The position numbers and the translations under genes were made by a program. Shown in pieces: positions 42,614 to 55,080 of a stretch of 64,000 bases of DNA. Under the pieces are notes generated by a model. The model did no database searches. It was not told the DNA's origin and saw only the letters and a program-made list of their open reading frames with translations. This stretch comes from Batkoa obscura (lineage: Eukaryota). The stretch lies in NCBI GenBank assembly GCA_030770535.1, contig JASVEC010000011.1, positions 124,001 to 188,000 on the forward strand, read 5' to 3'. Each line of letters opens with the position of its first letter. Position 1 is the first letter of the stretch.

Positions 42614-44509
42614 TTATTTTAAATCTTTAGCAACTTGTTCCCAAACTTTGTATGGATTGAAAGCAGTTTCTGCAGTATAAGCTTTATGATTCTTAGCTGG
42701 ATTCCAAGTAAATTCTAAAGGACGAGGCTCCTTAAATCTAGAAGAATAAGCCTCTCTAACAGTGAAACGAACACCACCTTTAGTTGGGAGTGGTTGTGGA
42801 GCAGCCGGATCTTTATCTAATCCTGAAGATTCTAAGCTACCTAAAAGGCTATCGAGGGAATAAACAGTACCGCCAGCAAGGGAACCAATAGTAGCATCTT
42901 TATGTTTAAGACCGCCAAAAGCATAGCTCTTAACATCATGGAATTCTTGCATACCGTTACTTAATAAAGTGCAAGTAGAATAACAGATGGAGTTGGAAAT
43001 TAAAGCAATATTTTCAGTTTTAAATGGCTGAGTATTATTAACTAATAAAGAGCGTAATTGGTTGGTACCACATCTGTCTTGGAATTTTGGAGTATATTGA
43101 CTATTTCTATTATTACCGCGATTATATGTCTTGATGTTAGTAAAGGCGTTTTGTGAAGCGAATGGTTTACCATTAGGCTGATTATAAAATTTTGGACTAA
43201 AGAAACCATTGGTTGAATTTTGGGTAAGCTTAGCAAGTAAAGGAGAATAGTGCATATCAGTGTTAAAAAATTTAGTAGCAGCATTTGGGAAAAGATAATC
43301 AAGTACGTTATATCCCAAACAAATGGCACCACCACCATTATTACTTACATCTAAAATTAATTTTTCAACTTTTTCATCTTGAAGCGCCTTGAAACCATCA
43401 ATTGCCTCATTAAACCATTTAGTTCTATTAGAGGGTGAAAAAGTAGAAATGTGAACAACGCCTACATTATCGGGTAAGGTATAGGTTTTAACGTAAGTAC
43501 CATCAACAACAGCAGTTAAAAGAGGATCAATTAATCTAGAGTCTTTGGATTCAATTGGTGCTTCAATTGGAATTTCCTTAACTTTTGGTACTTCTGATAA
43601 TTGAATTTCATTGACATTTGTATTATTACTAGCTTTAGGAACATCAGCTCCACAATTGTTTTTATAAAAGGAATCAGCATTGGTGAATGGAAGTGCTACA
43701 TTTGGAGTAGCAATATAAGGTACAACTACTTCTTTTTCACCATTACTAACACGAATTCTAAATCTTAAAGTTTCTTTAACTGGTGGAATAGTAGTAGAAC
43801 CAAAGCTACCATAACTAATACCCCACTGACCATTACTTTGAATGGAACGTGCAAGTGCATAATTCATACGAGAGTTAACATCTCTTGATGTACCAACATA
43901 ATGTTTAGCATACTCTTCAACAAATTCGAGTGGTTGTTTACCATCAATCGATAATACTTCAGCACCAGCATAGCTTAATACATCTACACCAGCAGCTTTC
44001 CAAGCATCAAGAAGAGGTTGATTATATCGTAAATCTTGAGGGATCTTTACTTTGACTTCTCCCCACTTGCCTTCTTCAGAATACAATGGAAATGGTTGTC
44101 TAAAAACAAACCTAGAGAAACAATTGGAAGTGTATTCAGTATGACCATCTTCTAAAGTATTGAAAAACTTAACAATAGAAACTTGGAAATCACGTTCAGT
44201 ATCATATTTTTTAGATAAGACTTTGTTCAGTTTAGCTTTAATATCAATATAACTAGGTACTTTTGGATCAGGGGATCTTTTAGTAATATCAATAAAAGCA
44301 TAGAAAGGAAGGATCTTTTTTAAAGTATCTGAAACACCATCACGTACTTTATCAGTCAACTTAAAGTTATCATAACATGCAAGTACATCTTTATAACTAA
44401 TTACTGACTTGCTGGCTATCTTTGCACAGGGATCAGTAGTTTTGGTGTTGTTTTGACCAGATACTAAAGTAGCAAATAGAGTTATCAACGAGAGAAAATT
44501 AGGTTGCAT
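42614..44509 (-). CDS. Secreted peptidase family S41 (CPAF-like), paralogue 2, intronless
   Basis: Same motifs as paralogue 1 (DGHT, DVSNNGGG, CYSTC), with long identical stretches shared with paralogues 1 and 3. Confidence 0.88.
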   Translation of the reverse strand: MQPNFLSLITLFATLVSGQNNTKTTDPCAKIASKSVISYKDVLACYDNFKLTDKVRDGVSDTLKKILPFYAFIDITKRSPDPKVPSYIDIKAKLNKVLSKKYDTERDFQVSIVKFFNTLEDGHTEYTSNCFSRFVFRQPFPLYSEEGKWGEVKVKIPQDLRYNQPLLDAWKAAGVDVLSYAGAEVLSIDGKQPLEFVEEYAKHYVGTSRDVNSRMNYALARSIQSNGQWGISYGSFGSTTIPPVKETLRFRIRVSNGEKEVVVPYIATPNVALPFTNADSFYKNNCGADVPKASNNTNVNEIQLSEVPKVKEIPIEAPIESKDSRLIDPLLTAVVDGTYVKTYTLPDNVGVVHISTFSPSNRTKWFNEAIDGFKALQDEKVEKLILDVSNNGGGAICLGYNVLDYLFPNAATKFFNTDMHYSPLLAKLTQNSTNGFFSPKFYNQPNGKPFASQNAFTNIKTYNRGNNRNSQYTPKFQDRCGTNQLRSLLVNNTQPFKTENIALISNSICYSTCTLLSNGMQEFHDVKSYAFGGLKHKDATIGSLAGGTVYSLDSLLGSLESSGLDKDPAAPQPLPTKGGVRFTVREAYSSRFKEPRPLEFTWNPAKNHKAYTAETAFNPYKVWEQVAKDLK

Positions 44510-45832
44510 AGTATTAAATAAATATTTGTTTTGTTCTATAATTTTATAACATCTTTAATATATTTTAATTGCCTTATATACCCATTAAAAGAAGCTTGCT
44601 TATAATATTAATTTATAATACTTATTTTTATTACTATAATCTTCAAAAAGCTTAAGTTTAGCTAGTAATTTTTACTATGATTATATTGTTCTTTAGTTAG
44701 TTTACATACCCAGTTTACAAGAAGGTTGCTTATATTATTAAGGTATGATATTTATTTTTGTTGCTATAATATTTAAAAAACTTAAGTTTTGATAATAATT
44801 TTTACTATGATCACATTGTTCTTTAGTGTTTTTTTGAATTTTATTTTTAGTTTATTTATTAAAAAAGTATATACATTTATCTTTAAGTCTGAAATTTTTT
44901 TAGTTATAAAATATTATTTATTACAATTTTATCCATTATAACTGCTGTTTATTTTTTATGCTGTTATGATATTATTTGACAATATATAATAGTAATATAA
45001 AGATATTAATACACATTAAAAAAGATAATGTTCAATAAATGATACTATAATCAATGTTATCACCTAATAATACTAGATCAAATTTGCAATCATAAAGTTT
45101 GTTTAATATTTTGTAAAGTTATAATAACTTACATTATGAGAGTATTATTTGTTTCAATTTAAAATCATTCAATGAACTTTAGTATAATCAATTTCCGGTT
45201 CACATGAAAGATTAGTTGGCTACGTTACTCAAATTAATTCATGAGCTATTCTTGAGTTAACACGAGTATCTATTTGATATATGATATTAAAGAAAATAAA
45301 CTATAATATTGTATTAATGTTGAAAATTAAACTTTAAGTAAGTTGTTATTTTTTTTACTATTGAAGATCGTGTAAAGGGAATAGTTGAGTCTCTAATTAT
45401 AAACTTTACGACAAATATTAATCGTTACTTAGCTTTGGTTAATTTAAAAACCAATAAAGCACAGTAAAAGTCATTGTATGTATAAAGTTAGTCTAATTAA
45501 GTACCAGTGACACGTATCCGATAAATATAATGGAATAGTATAATAAACTTTTTTCCTTAAAGAATACTAGAATATAATCTAGATTCTTATTATAAAATAA
45601 AGATAGGCTTAAATTCACAATAGTTAATATTAAAATTTAAAATTTAATGATTTTATTTCACTTCACTTACATTTATTATTTTTTACATAATTGTATATTA
45701 GATTCTATTTGGTTTAAATATTAAAATCGATTTAGTCTACAGGCTATAAAAATCAAGAAAAGTAGCTTTTATGATAAAATACATTAAACTAATCTATTCT
45801 ATTACAATAATATTATTCCATAATTTTTTTAC
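43965..45832 (-). repeat. Left arm of ~1.87-kb inverted repeat (partner 60969-62836)
   Basis: Reverse complement matches 60969-62836 in every line spot-checked. The coordinate sum is constant (106801), so there are no net indels. Confidence 0.93.
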
Positions 45833-46136
45833 TATGTTCATAATAAGTTTCTTGGTTAATCTTTATAGTTCTGCTAGGCTACCAATGCGTATATATACAT
45901 CTTTGCCAAAAAATATATTTAACTAGTGCGACACTGAGTATTTCTAATTAAATTTATTTGATTAGATCTTTTGGTTTACTGGTCAAGTATCAAAAGCTAT
46001 GGCAAATATATGCCTTTTTTGCTTCAAAGAGCTAACTGTAATTATGTTTTTCAAAAGTCAATAATGCTCTAAAGGTTAATTACAGGTCTTTTCTTTTAAT
46101 CTGTGCTAAGTTTTAAAGTATCGCATATTTTAAATA

Positions 46137-46236
46137 TGGGGATGTATTTTTTTGTTTAAAAATTTTACTAACAATTTTTCCGGTCAAATAGCGCTTAAAA
46201 AATGGAAAAAATAATGAAACCAAAAAAACACCCCCA
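46137..46236 (+). mobile_element. MITE family A copy 7
   Basis: TA|TGGGGATGTATTTTTTTG...CAAAAAAACACCCCCA|TA. Confidence 0.88.
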
Positions 46237-46409
46237 TATTTTAGCAAGTAAATTACTTCTAATTGTTGGATTATAATAAAAAAATAACACCTTTCAAGTT
46301 TCTTTTTTCTAACTTAATTAAATAATTATAATATATTATTAAAAGTACAGTATTATATTTTATATCTGACGTTTTTTGTTATATAGCTGATTTTTTAAAA
46401 GGTTAATGT

Positions 46410-46545
46410 TTTTTGCATTTAATGTGGACTATCCATTAGTATTAAACTTGATATTAGTAAATATTCTAAATCAAATAAAAGTTTTTAAAGTTGTTGGATA
46501 AATTACTACCTATGCTAATGATAATACTTTACATTTCTTTTAAAA
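46410..46545 (+). pseudogene. Decayed non-LTR (LINE) reverse transcriptase fragment
   Basis: Translates CI*CGLS/PLVLNLILVNILNQIKVFKVVG*ITTYANDNTL with one frameshift and stops, resembling GIRQGCPLSPLLFNL...YADD. Confidence 0.5.
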
Positions 46546-46864
46546 GTTGAAGTCTTAGTATATAACACTGCTAAATACAAGCAGATATAGTCTAAATTAG
46601 ACATTAAACCCCAGTTTTGTGCCACAGATAAAAAAGAGTTAGAGATTTATGCCAAGTTGATAATGGTGATTAAGCATTTATTGGACAAGGTTCAACGCCA
46701 GTACTCGTTGATATTGTCTTAAGGGGTATAAGTTGTGTTGAAGACTATTCCGGAGTACATAATCATATCTCAATTATTGCTGATTTTTAAAAAGGGTTTA
46801 GTTAACATTAGCATTAAATTTTAGGTGTAGCCTTTTCAAGTATTTTTTAGATAGAAGCATCATA

Positions 46865-46963
46865 TAGTGATGTTTTTTGGTTTCATCACTTCTTCCATTT
46901 TTTAAGCGCTATTTCAGCGAAAAGATTATCAGTAAAATTCTTAAACAAAGAAATACATCCCCA
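46865..46963 (-). mobile_element. MITE family A copy 8
   Basis: TA|TAGTGATGTTTTTTGGTTTCATCAC..AAATACATCCCCA|TA. Confidence 0.83.
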
Positions 46964-49577
46964 TATATTAAAAAATAAAACCTCACATATGAAAAAACAC
47001 TTTCATGTTTTATAAAAGAAAAGGTTTTTTGTAATATGATTTATACATATATTAAAATGTCTTCATTAGAGTATGTGGAGATAATGAATAAAATTTAACA
47101 AATGCTATTTATAAATTTTTTAAAGACGTGTGCTTGGGACACTACCTATTATGACAAAAATAATTCAGAGTTTAACTATAATGCTAACAATATTTACAAG
47201 AACTGAATAGCTCGATTTAAAACAGAGTGCTGAATTAAGAGTATTTAAGCGTGTTTGTCAAAGCACAAAAAGACTATCATAAAATAACTAGACTCTTTTA
47301 AAAAAACTTAAACTAAAAGATTAAATTGGAGGTAATAATATACTTTTTGTTAGTATAAGCGCAAAAGGGAACCCTTTGTACCAAGAACTTGCCAAATTAT
47401 TTTATTTTTAATAAACATCATTGCTTTTAATTATTAAAGTTACAAATACTATTTTCCACCTTTCACTAAATCTTATTTGTTACCATCATATATTTCTATA
47501 AAAATATATATAAGAAGCGGGCATTTAGAGTTATCTGTAATAAGTAACACATAACTTTATATAACAAAGGGTATTCACCTATTATTAAAACTTAAAAATA
47601 CCACAGATAGATTGATAAAATGGCTTAAAATTTATTGGAGTATAGTCATAAACGCAGTTAAAAGAATTTTATGTTTGTCAGACTATTGGTTGAATAACAA
47701 ACAAAACAAAATAAAATAAAAAATTTATCTTTACATAATGCTATTTATTAACATGAGAAAGTTTCAATACAAAAATTCAACCTATTATTAAAAAACTTTA
47801 AACTTTAAACTAAACAACTATAATTTCAATTTTATACCATTCTGATAGAAATAGTTGATCAAGTGTCCCTCTTTTTTCAAACCTGTTATTCTTAAGCACT
47901 TGATTTAATCAATAATTTTTGCACCATATTTTCACCAGGCTCTTACGCATTCACTTTAAGCCGATATTAACTGTTAGATTGAATTAGTCTTAGTGAAGAA
48001 AACCAGGTTATTTACTGTATTTATAATAATTAAAAATTTCATGGGATGTTTAAAATCGTATACTATCAGGGATTTTCCTTGGAATCATATATAAAGAGAT
48101 AATATGTCAAAACAGTGATATTTCAAGTATGTTCGTAGTTTATAGTTAATTGTAATTTATAATTAATCACATTTAAAATTATTAAATATCTTCTCGATCA
48201 TTATTGCAATTTGAGAATTAATTATTCTTTTGAGATTCGGGATTTTTGTGCAACTAATTTATCCACAATGATATCCTTCTCTTGATTGAATTTATAAATT
48301 GTGTTAAGAAAATGTAGTCAAGAGGCATATTTGAAAGAAGTTTAGAAACTCAAGAGAAAAAAAATGAAATAGTAAAGATTAATGTTATAAAATCCAATTC
48401 CTTACATTATAAACCTCATTTTTATTAAGGTCTTGTTTTTGTTTTTTATTAGCGTATTTACCAATTATTATATTTAGTATAAATAGCTGGATTTAGAATC
48501 CTTTTAATTTACTAAAATTTGAAGTTTAAATATTATAAAAGAATGCTTCTAGCTAGAACTTACTATAACAATTTCTGATCGCTTTTTATAAATGATCAAT
48601 ATCCTGTGTTTAAAATAAATACTATATGTCATATTAATATGATGATCAAAGTCTTTATTTATAATTTTTGCCTAAACCCAATTTATTTCGGCTTAAAAAT
48701 TGAACATTTATTGAAATAAGCCTAGTTATAGAAACAAAGTATGATATAGCTCAAGCTAAACTAATATCAATTAGTTTCCAGCTGAAACGAAGGTTATAAC
48801 TATAAACAATTTTAATCCTTTGGTTTGGATATCACTATAGTATCTAATTGATAATATAACTTATTTAACTATTTACTACTATATATACAGATTAACCGAA
48901 ATTCATGAATATAATATAATTAGAATAGAAGTATATATTTGGTAGCTGTAATAACAAACTGGGCTATTTTTATAAAGTTAATGAATCAAAAGCGCGCCCA
49001 ATTTCTAAATATAGTAGATAAAATACTTTAAATATAAAATGATTTCATAACGTATTATTCCTTGGCGCTGACTCCTTTCAATTAGATTAGCTCTTTGATG
49101 TTTTGACAATATTATAAATAATCAGCAAAATTTGTGAAAATTACTTGGTTCTTTTATTGTGTAAATAAGCGTCTATTTGACATATTCGGTGAAAGTCAAA
49201 TATATTTTTTAAAAGGTAAAATGTAGACAACATTGTGGCTGAGTTATATATAGCTTAAAGTTTCTTATCACATTATTAATCCAACTATTTTGATACCAAA
49301 AGTAGTTGGGTGAACTAAATTTAAGTCATTTTAAGCACAAATTGATAAAAGTACAAGAATAAATTTAATTGGCTGTTCTATTAATAATTTAGCATTTTAC
49401 AATAAATTTTTATTTGGTAAAAAATTTAAACCCATTTCTTTCTTAAAATTAAACCTTCATCTTCCTTAAGATTTTATCTCTAGTAATTTAATTCATTTGA
49501 ATAGATCCCTTTTTTCATCCTTAGATGAATCAGCTCTAAATATTTTTTTTATCTCATCCTGTTTATATCTAATTATC

Positions 49578-50693
49578 ATGTTTGGCCTCAACAGCTTACT
49601 CCCAAATAAAATTAAATCCAAGTCCACTTCAAGCTCTTGTGACTCTAAAAAGAGATATCGTATCTCTACCACTCAAAATAATGAGTTGGAGGTACTTTTC
49701 AAAACGAATCCAAGACCATGCAAAGAAATACAGGAAGAAATTTCCAAAAAGATTGATTTACCTTATCGTACCGTTACCATTTGGTTTCAAAACCGCCGTG
49801 CTAAAGCTAAGCTTGCTGGTGAACCATTAGCTGAACACGTGTTCCAATGGAAGCCACCTGTCATTGCTGAAGAACCTGGTTGTGGTGTCATGAGACTTGA
49901 TAAACCAGAAGTTAAACTGGAACAAGTCAATGGCTTAAATAGTAATGCCATTAATCAAGATGACACCATTCAAAATATGGATGCTAAATCAGTGTACACT
50001 GTTGATAGCGGTTGCCATATTCAAGACAGTGCAAGTGCAACTAATCCAAATGGAATCGATATGGATATGCAAGCATGGGCCTCCAATCAACCATTTGCCA
50101 ATCCAAATTGGGCACAAAGTACACCTGTTGGACGTAACTCAGTAGATTCTGGAAGCTTTATTTCTGACTATAGTAATTACGATGGCTTTATGCATCAAGT
50201 TGAGTTTGACACTTACCTTGCAAGCTCAAATACCATGTACGATAATGGAAATACATTTAATAATTTACCAGTCAATGTCGATGAGAATGGTACCTTTGAT
50301 CCATCACGAAACTTTATGATCAGTCAAAGTTTATATGCACCAACACTTTCGAACTCACTTGCCTCCTTATCATCTCAAAACTCAGGACATAATAGTTTTA
50401 GTGGAGAAGGCATGAATGCTAACTTTATGGGGCAAAATGGAATGTACCGACAAGCATATCAAATGTCCGCTCAATCATTACCACAATTTAGCAACCCAGC
50501 GATGGGAGGTAGTACCAATCATATACCACAAAGACAGGTTCAATATCATCATTCTATACAATCAGCACCCGAAATTGCACTCCAACAATCGTTGTTTTTA
50601 CGTCAACAACATGCTAATCAAGCACAAGCTAGGGCACAGGCTAAATTACAAAGACAGCGTAATGAAGCGATGTTCTCATCAATGCGTTACTAA
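49578..50693 (+). CDS. Homeodomain transcription factor (intronless; N-terminal homeobox, S/N/Q-rich tail)
   Basis: KKRYRISTTQNNELEVLFKTNPRPCKEIQEEISKKIDLPYRTVTIWFQNRRAKAK. First ATG is at 49578. Confidence 0.9.
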   Translation: MFGLNSLLPNKIKSKSTSSSCDSKKRYRISTTQNNELEVLFKTNPRPCKEIQEEISKKIDLPYRTVTIWFQNRRAKAKLAGEPLAEHVFQWKPPVIAEEPGCGVMRLDKPEVKLEQVNGLNSNAINQDDTIQNMDAKSVYTVDSGCHIQDSASATNPNGIDMDMQAWASNQPFANPNWAQSTPVGRNSVDSGSFISDYSNYDGFMHQVEFDTYLASSNTMYDNGNTFNNLPVNVDENGTFDPSRNFMISQSLYAPTLSNSLASLSSQNSGHNSFSGEGMNANFMGQNGMYRQAYQMSAQSLPQFSNPAMGGSTNHIPQRQVQYHHSIQSAPEIALQQSLFLRQQHANQAQARAQAKLQRQRNEAMFSSMRY

Positions 50694-51815
50694 GTGAAAT
50701 GGTTAATTTTAAGTACATATTTTAAAGCCACTGGATCTAAATATTTGGTCTTCTCATTAATTTAAACTTTATTTTAACATTTTTCTATCTCTCTTGTCAT
50801 TTGAATTGTTTTTAAGCTTAAGAAAATAACTTCTTCCCATTCTGCTTTTTTGAAAAATTAATTTTATATTATTAAAAAACTTATAAAAAATTTATGCTTA
50901 TTATATTTGTTTTTTACTACAATTTTTTATTTTGGTATTCTAATACCTTAAAGTGAGGTCAGTTAAATTTAATATTACACTTTGAATTGTTGGCATTTAA
51001 TATAGATTACTGTTCACTAAAACCTACTAGTTTAATAGTAAACTAATAACAGAAAATAACTGTCTTTTTATTAAAACACGAAATCCGATCATATCTTCAT
51101 TGCAAAACACCACTTTAACTACAGAAAGTGATTAAAATAATAAATCCAACAATAAAGTAGAAATCTATAAATGAAACTTAATCTAGCTACAAATTCTATG
51201 AACTTGATTAATTTACTATTAAATTAAGAATATAGTAACAATCTTTGATATAAAACACACTATGAATTAATTTGTGTAATGTGGATATGGGTGGCAATTT
51301 AGAATTTGATTGATAAAACTTAAATATTAGAAAACAATTCTCAACAGCATGATCGCAGATTAGAGAAGAATTTAATGCAGAAAAAGAAAGTATAAACTGA
51401 GACTCTGTTGGGGTTATAATAATTTAGAATTTCCTTTGCATTTGAAATTTTGTTTTGGATGAAATACAGGAGTAAATTGACTTGATTTAGGAAAAAGGAG
51501 AGAAGAGATGGGTCCGTTTAACGTAGTTTTTTTGGTATTTATTTGGCTAAGTTGGATGAAGGTTACTAGATTATTTATTAAAATATAATTGAGATCTCAA
51601 ATGCAAGCATAGTATTTTTTACTTTATTATTTACTTTATTAAGCTAATTAATCACAATAAACTCAATTCAAATACTTGTTTTATATTTAATTTGTAACTT
51701 TTACATTTTAGTTTTCTTTTCATATCATAAAAAGTTGAATCTTTCTGATCATTTTAATTTCATCATTATAAAACTCAACTTCATCACTTTGACAATTTTA
51801 TAAAAAATAGTAATA

Positions 51816-53607
51816 ATGAAATCAACCTCAAAGTCTACACTAACACTACAAAGTATGTTAAGACGGTACACCACTTCAACCTCAACATCCGAAAAACATC
51901 TCAGCCTCACTGACTTACAATCTTGGAACAAACATCATAATGCATTCACTTCTATTAACACCACAGAAACATCCTTTATAACTGATAGACTTGAAAACGG
52001 TAACTTAATCTATTTATAACTTATATATGTAAACCAACTCAAACGACAGATTCTAGTTTTGATTTAAGTGAATTAGCCATCGCTATAAAAGACAATATAT
52101 GTACTAAAGGATATCCAACTACTTGCGGATCTCTGATGTTAAAAGGTAAATAGTTTGTTTATTTTTATTGAGTTCATTTAATTTAATAATTATGATAATT
52201 ATTAATCAACCAATTCCAGATTTCACACCCACTTATAATGCCACTGTAATCGAAAAATTATTAAATCATAATGTAAAAATCATTGGTAAAACGAATATGG
52301 ATGAATTTGGGATGGGGTAAGTCATATATATCATTAACTATCGATATTGAATTCCACTCATGTAATCCCTTCTCCTTCAGTTCCAACAATCAAACCAGTT
52401 ATTTTGGTCAAGTAGTGAACCCTCATCCTTCTTATACTACAAATATACATTCCCCTGGAGGAAGTTCCGGTGGTAGTGCAGCAGCTGTAAAAAGTGGTAT
52501 GTGTTATGCGTAAGTTTTATTTAAAATAAACATCTTTATCTTCTTCATAAACTCATCATTTACTCCTATAGAGCATTAGGCTCAGACACTGGTGGGTCTG
52601 TTCGCTTACCTGCCTCTTATTGTGGAATTATTGGATTTAAGCCATCATATGGTATGATATCTAGATATGGTTTAATACCTTATGCAAGTTCATTAGATAC
52701 AATTGGGGTTATGGGAAGAAGTGTTAATTCAGTGAAAAATATATTTGAAGTAATTAAAGGACAAGACCAAAGGGACCAAAGTAGTATTGATTATTCTAAA
52801 AAAGAGAAAAAAGAGAATAAAAAGTTAAAGGATATAGTAATTGGTATACCAAATCAATATTATTTAAAAGAAATAGATGAAGAAGTAAATTTTGCTTGGG
52901 ATAAAAGTATTCAATTATTACAAGATAATGGAGCAAAAGTAATTAATATTGATTTAAAACATACAAAATATGCTCTTTCTGCTTATTATATTATTGCATT
53001 AGCAGAAGCATCTTCTAATTTAGCAAAATATGATGGAATTCAATTTGGTTATTGTCAAGAAGATATGGAGGGTAGTTTTGATCAAAAAATTCGACATAAT
53101 CGAGAAATTGGGTTTAATGATGAAGTTAAAAAAAGAATTATATTAGGTACTCATATTTTAAGTAAAGGGTGAATTTAAGTTTAAATTTATTTGAATATAT
53201 TTTTTAATTCTATTTTTTAGTTCCTTTGAGGCTTATTTTAAAAAAGCACAAAAGATACGTACTTTAGTAATCAATGATTTTAATTCAGCCTTTTTAAATT
53301 GTGATTTAATCTTATCCCCAACTGCTTTTTCAAAAGCACCATCTATAAAAGATCTATCCACCACCCCACCAGCTTATTCTTATTTAAATGATGTGTTTAC
53401 TACTCCTTCTTCCTTAGCTGGTCAGTTTTTGTAGTTTTTTATTTAAACCTAGATTTAATCTGTATTTTTTTAGGCTTGCCTGCTATTAGTGTACCTTTTA
53501 ATAATAATAAAATGGGTCCTATTGGCTTACAATTAGTTGGACAGAGAGGGAATGATGAGCAAGTATTAAATGCAGCGGAAGAGTTTTGTCAGTTATTATA
53601 TAATTAG
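51816..53607 (+). CDS. HER2: Mitochondrial Glu-tRNA(Gln) amidotransferase subunit A (multi-exon)
   Basis: [70 protein letters not shown] and YFKKAQKIR. Confidence 0.92.
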
Positions 53608-54086
53608 AAATGATAGAAGCAAATGATTAAAAGATAGAATTTAATATTAAAATTGTTTTTTGTTAATTTTTATTTTCATTTTTATTTAAAGTTTATTATA
53701 TATGGGAATGTTTTTACTAATTGTTCTTTTTTGCCATTAGTTTAAAATTTATAAATTAATTAACAATGTAACTGTTCAAGTTTAAATATACGCTGACAAA
53801 CAATGAATTCTATAACCAATTATTCGGTCAATTATGCTGATTTGAGGTTTATTAATTTAATTTTTATTTTAAAATGAATAGTTAGTCAACACACATCCAA
53901 GCTTGAATAAAGTACTGATTAATTTAACTTCTAAATTTCTTACTTCCTACTCAACCTTCACCTGATGTTTTTGCAATATTTGCACTCTATTAAAGTTGCA
54001 AAAAAGCGAGCTTAATCTCTCAAATCCCGAAAAATTCAAAACTTTAAATTTCATTCATCAATAGAATAAAAATTCAATACTCCAAA

Positions 54087-54621
54087 ATGTTAACCAATCT
54101 ATTTAAAATTGCTTTCAATGGGATGAAGATGACATCTAATTTATCAATGACTAAAACGTTGATACCAACAAGAGGCTTTTTGAGTAGGTAAGTAAAGAAG
54201 TGAGAAGGAAGGTTTTTTAAAATAAGATGATTAATTGATTTTAAATTTTTAGTTCTTTATTGATCAACCGACCATTATTAGGAAGAACAAGTGTATTAGG
54301 CAATAATAACTTAGGATCAAGGTAAGCTATTTTTAATCTATTTTAATCAAGTTTTGGATTCTATATTTAAATTTCAAACTTTTATAAACAATTCTAAAAC
54401 AATAATTTTCCCTTTAAATCGAAACTAATATTTTACCCTTTTGTAGCCTCCCAACTTTTCCATTACAACAAGTGCGTACAGTTACTTATGGTAATGAATA
54501 TCAACCCAGTAATTTAAAAAGAAAACGTAAACATGGTTTTTTACATCGTATTCGTACTAAAGATGGTAGAAGGATTATTTTACGTCGTATGAAAAAAGGA
54601 CGTAAATTCTTAGCTCATTAA
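54087..54621 (+). CDS. MRPL34: Mitochondrial ribosomal protein bL34m (3 exons)
   Basis: Presequence-like N-terminus and last exon [45 protein letters not shown]. Confidence 0.92.
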
Positions 54622-55080
54622 AAAAATAGAATAATGGAATTGGGTAGTGCTTAGTTTATGTTTTTGTTTATTTTTTCATAAGTTAATGTAAAATGCGAAA
54701 GTTTGGCTTTTATTAATATTTTACATTGGTCGTTGATTTATTATATAGTTTTATTGTTTTTAAAGTAATTATGAGATAGGTGTTAGTGAAAAATTAAGAA
54801 TGTATGGAATTTTAACTTACATTGTTTAAATTTTGTATATAAAAATGCTATCTTAATTATTTACGTTAGATTGAACCATGTAATAAGGATATGAGTACAT
54901 AACTTATTTTAATATTATAGTAATAGTGCTTTATATAATTTATTATTTCTTTTTCAGCAAAAACTATGAGATCTAATACATAAAATACAATTTAAACTAA
55001 TTTGATATCTCAAAATTTAAAATAAAAAACGTAATAAGATTCATTTTAAAAAAAGACATCAATTTTATTCATTTATTTGA

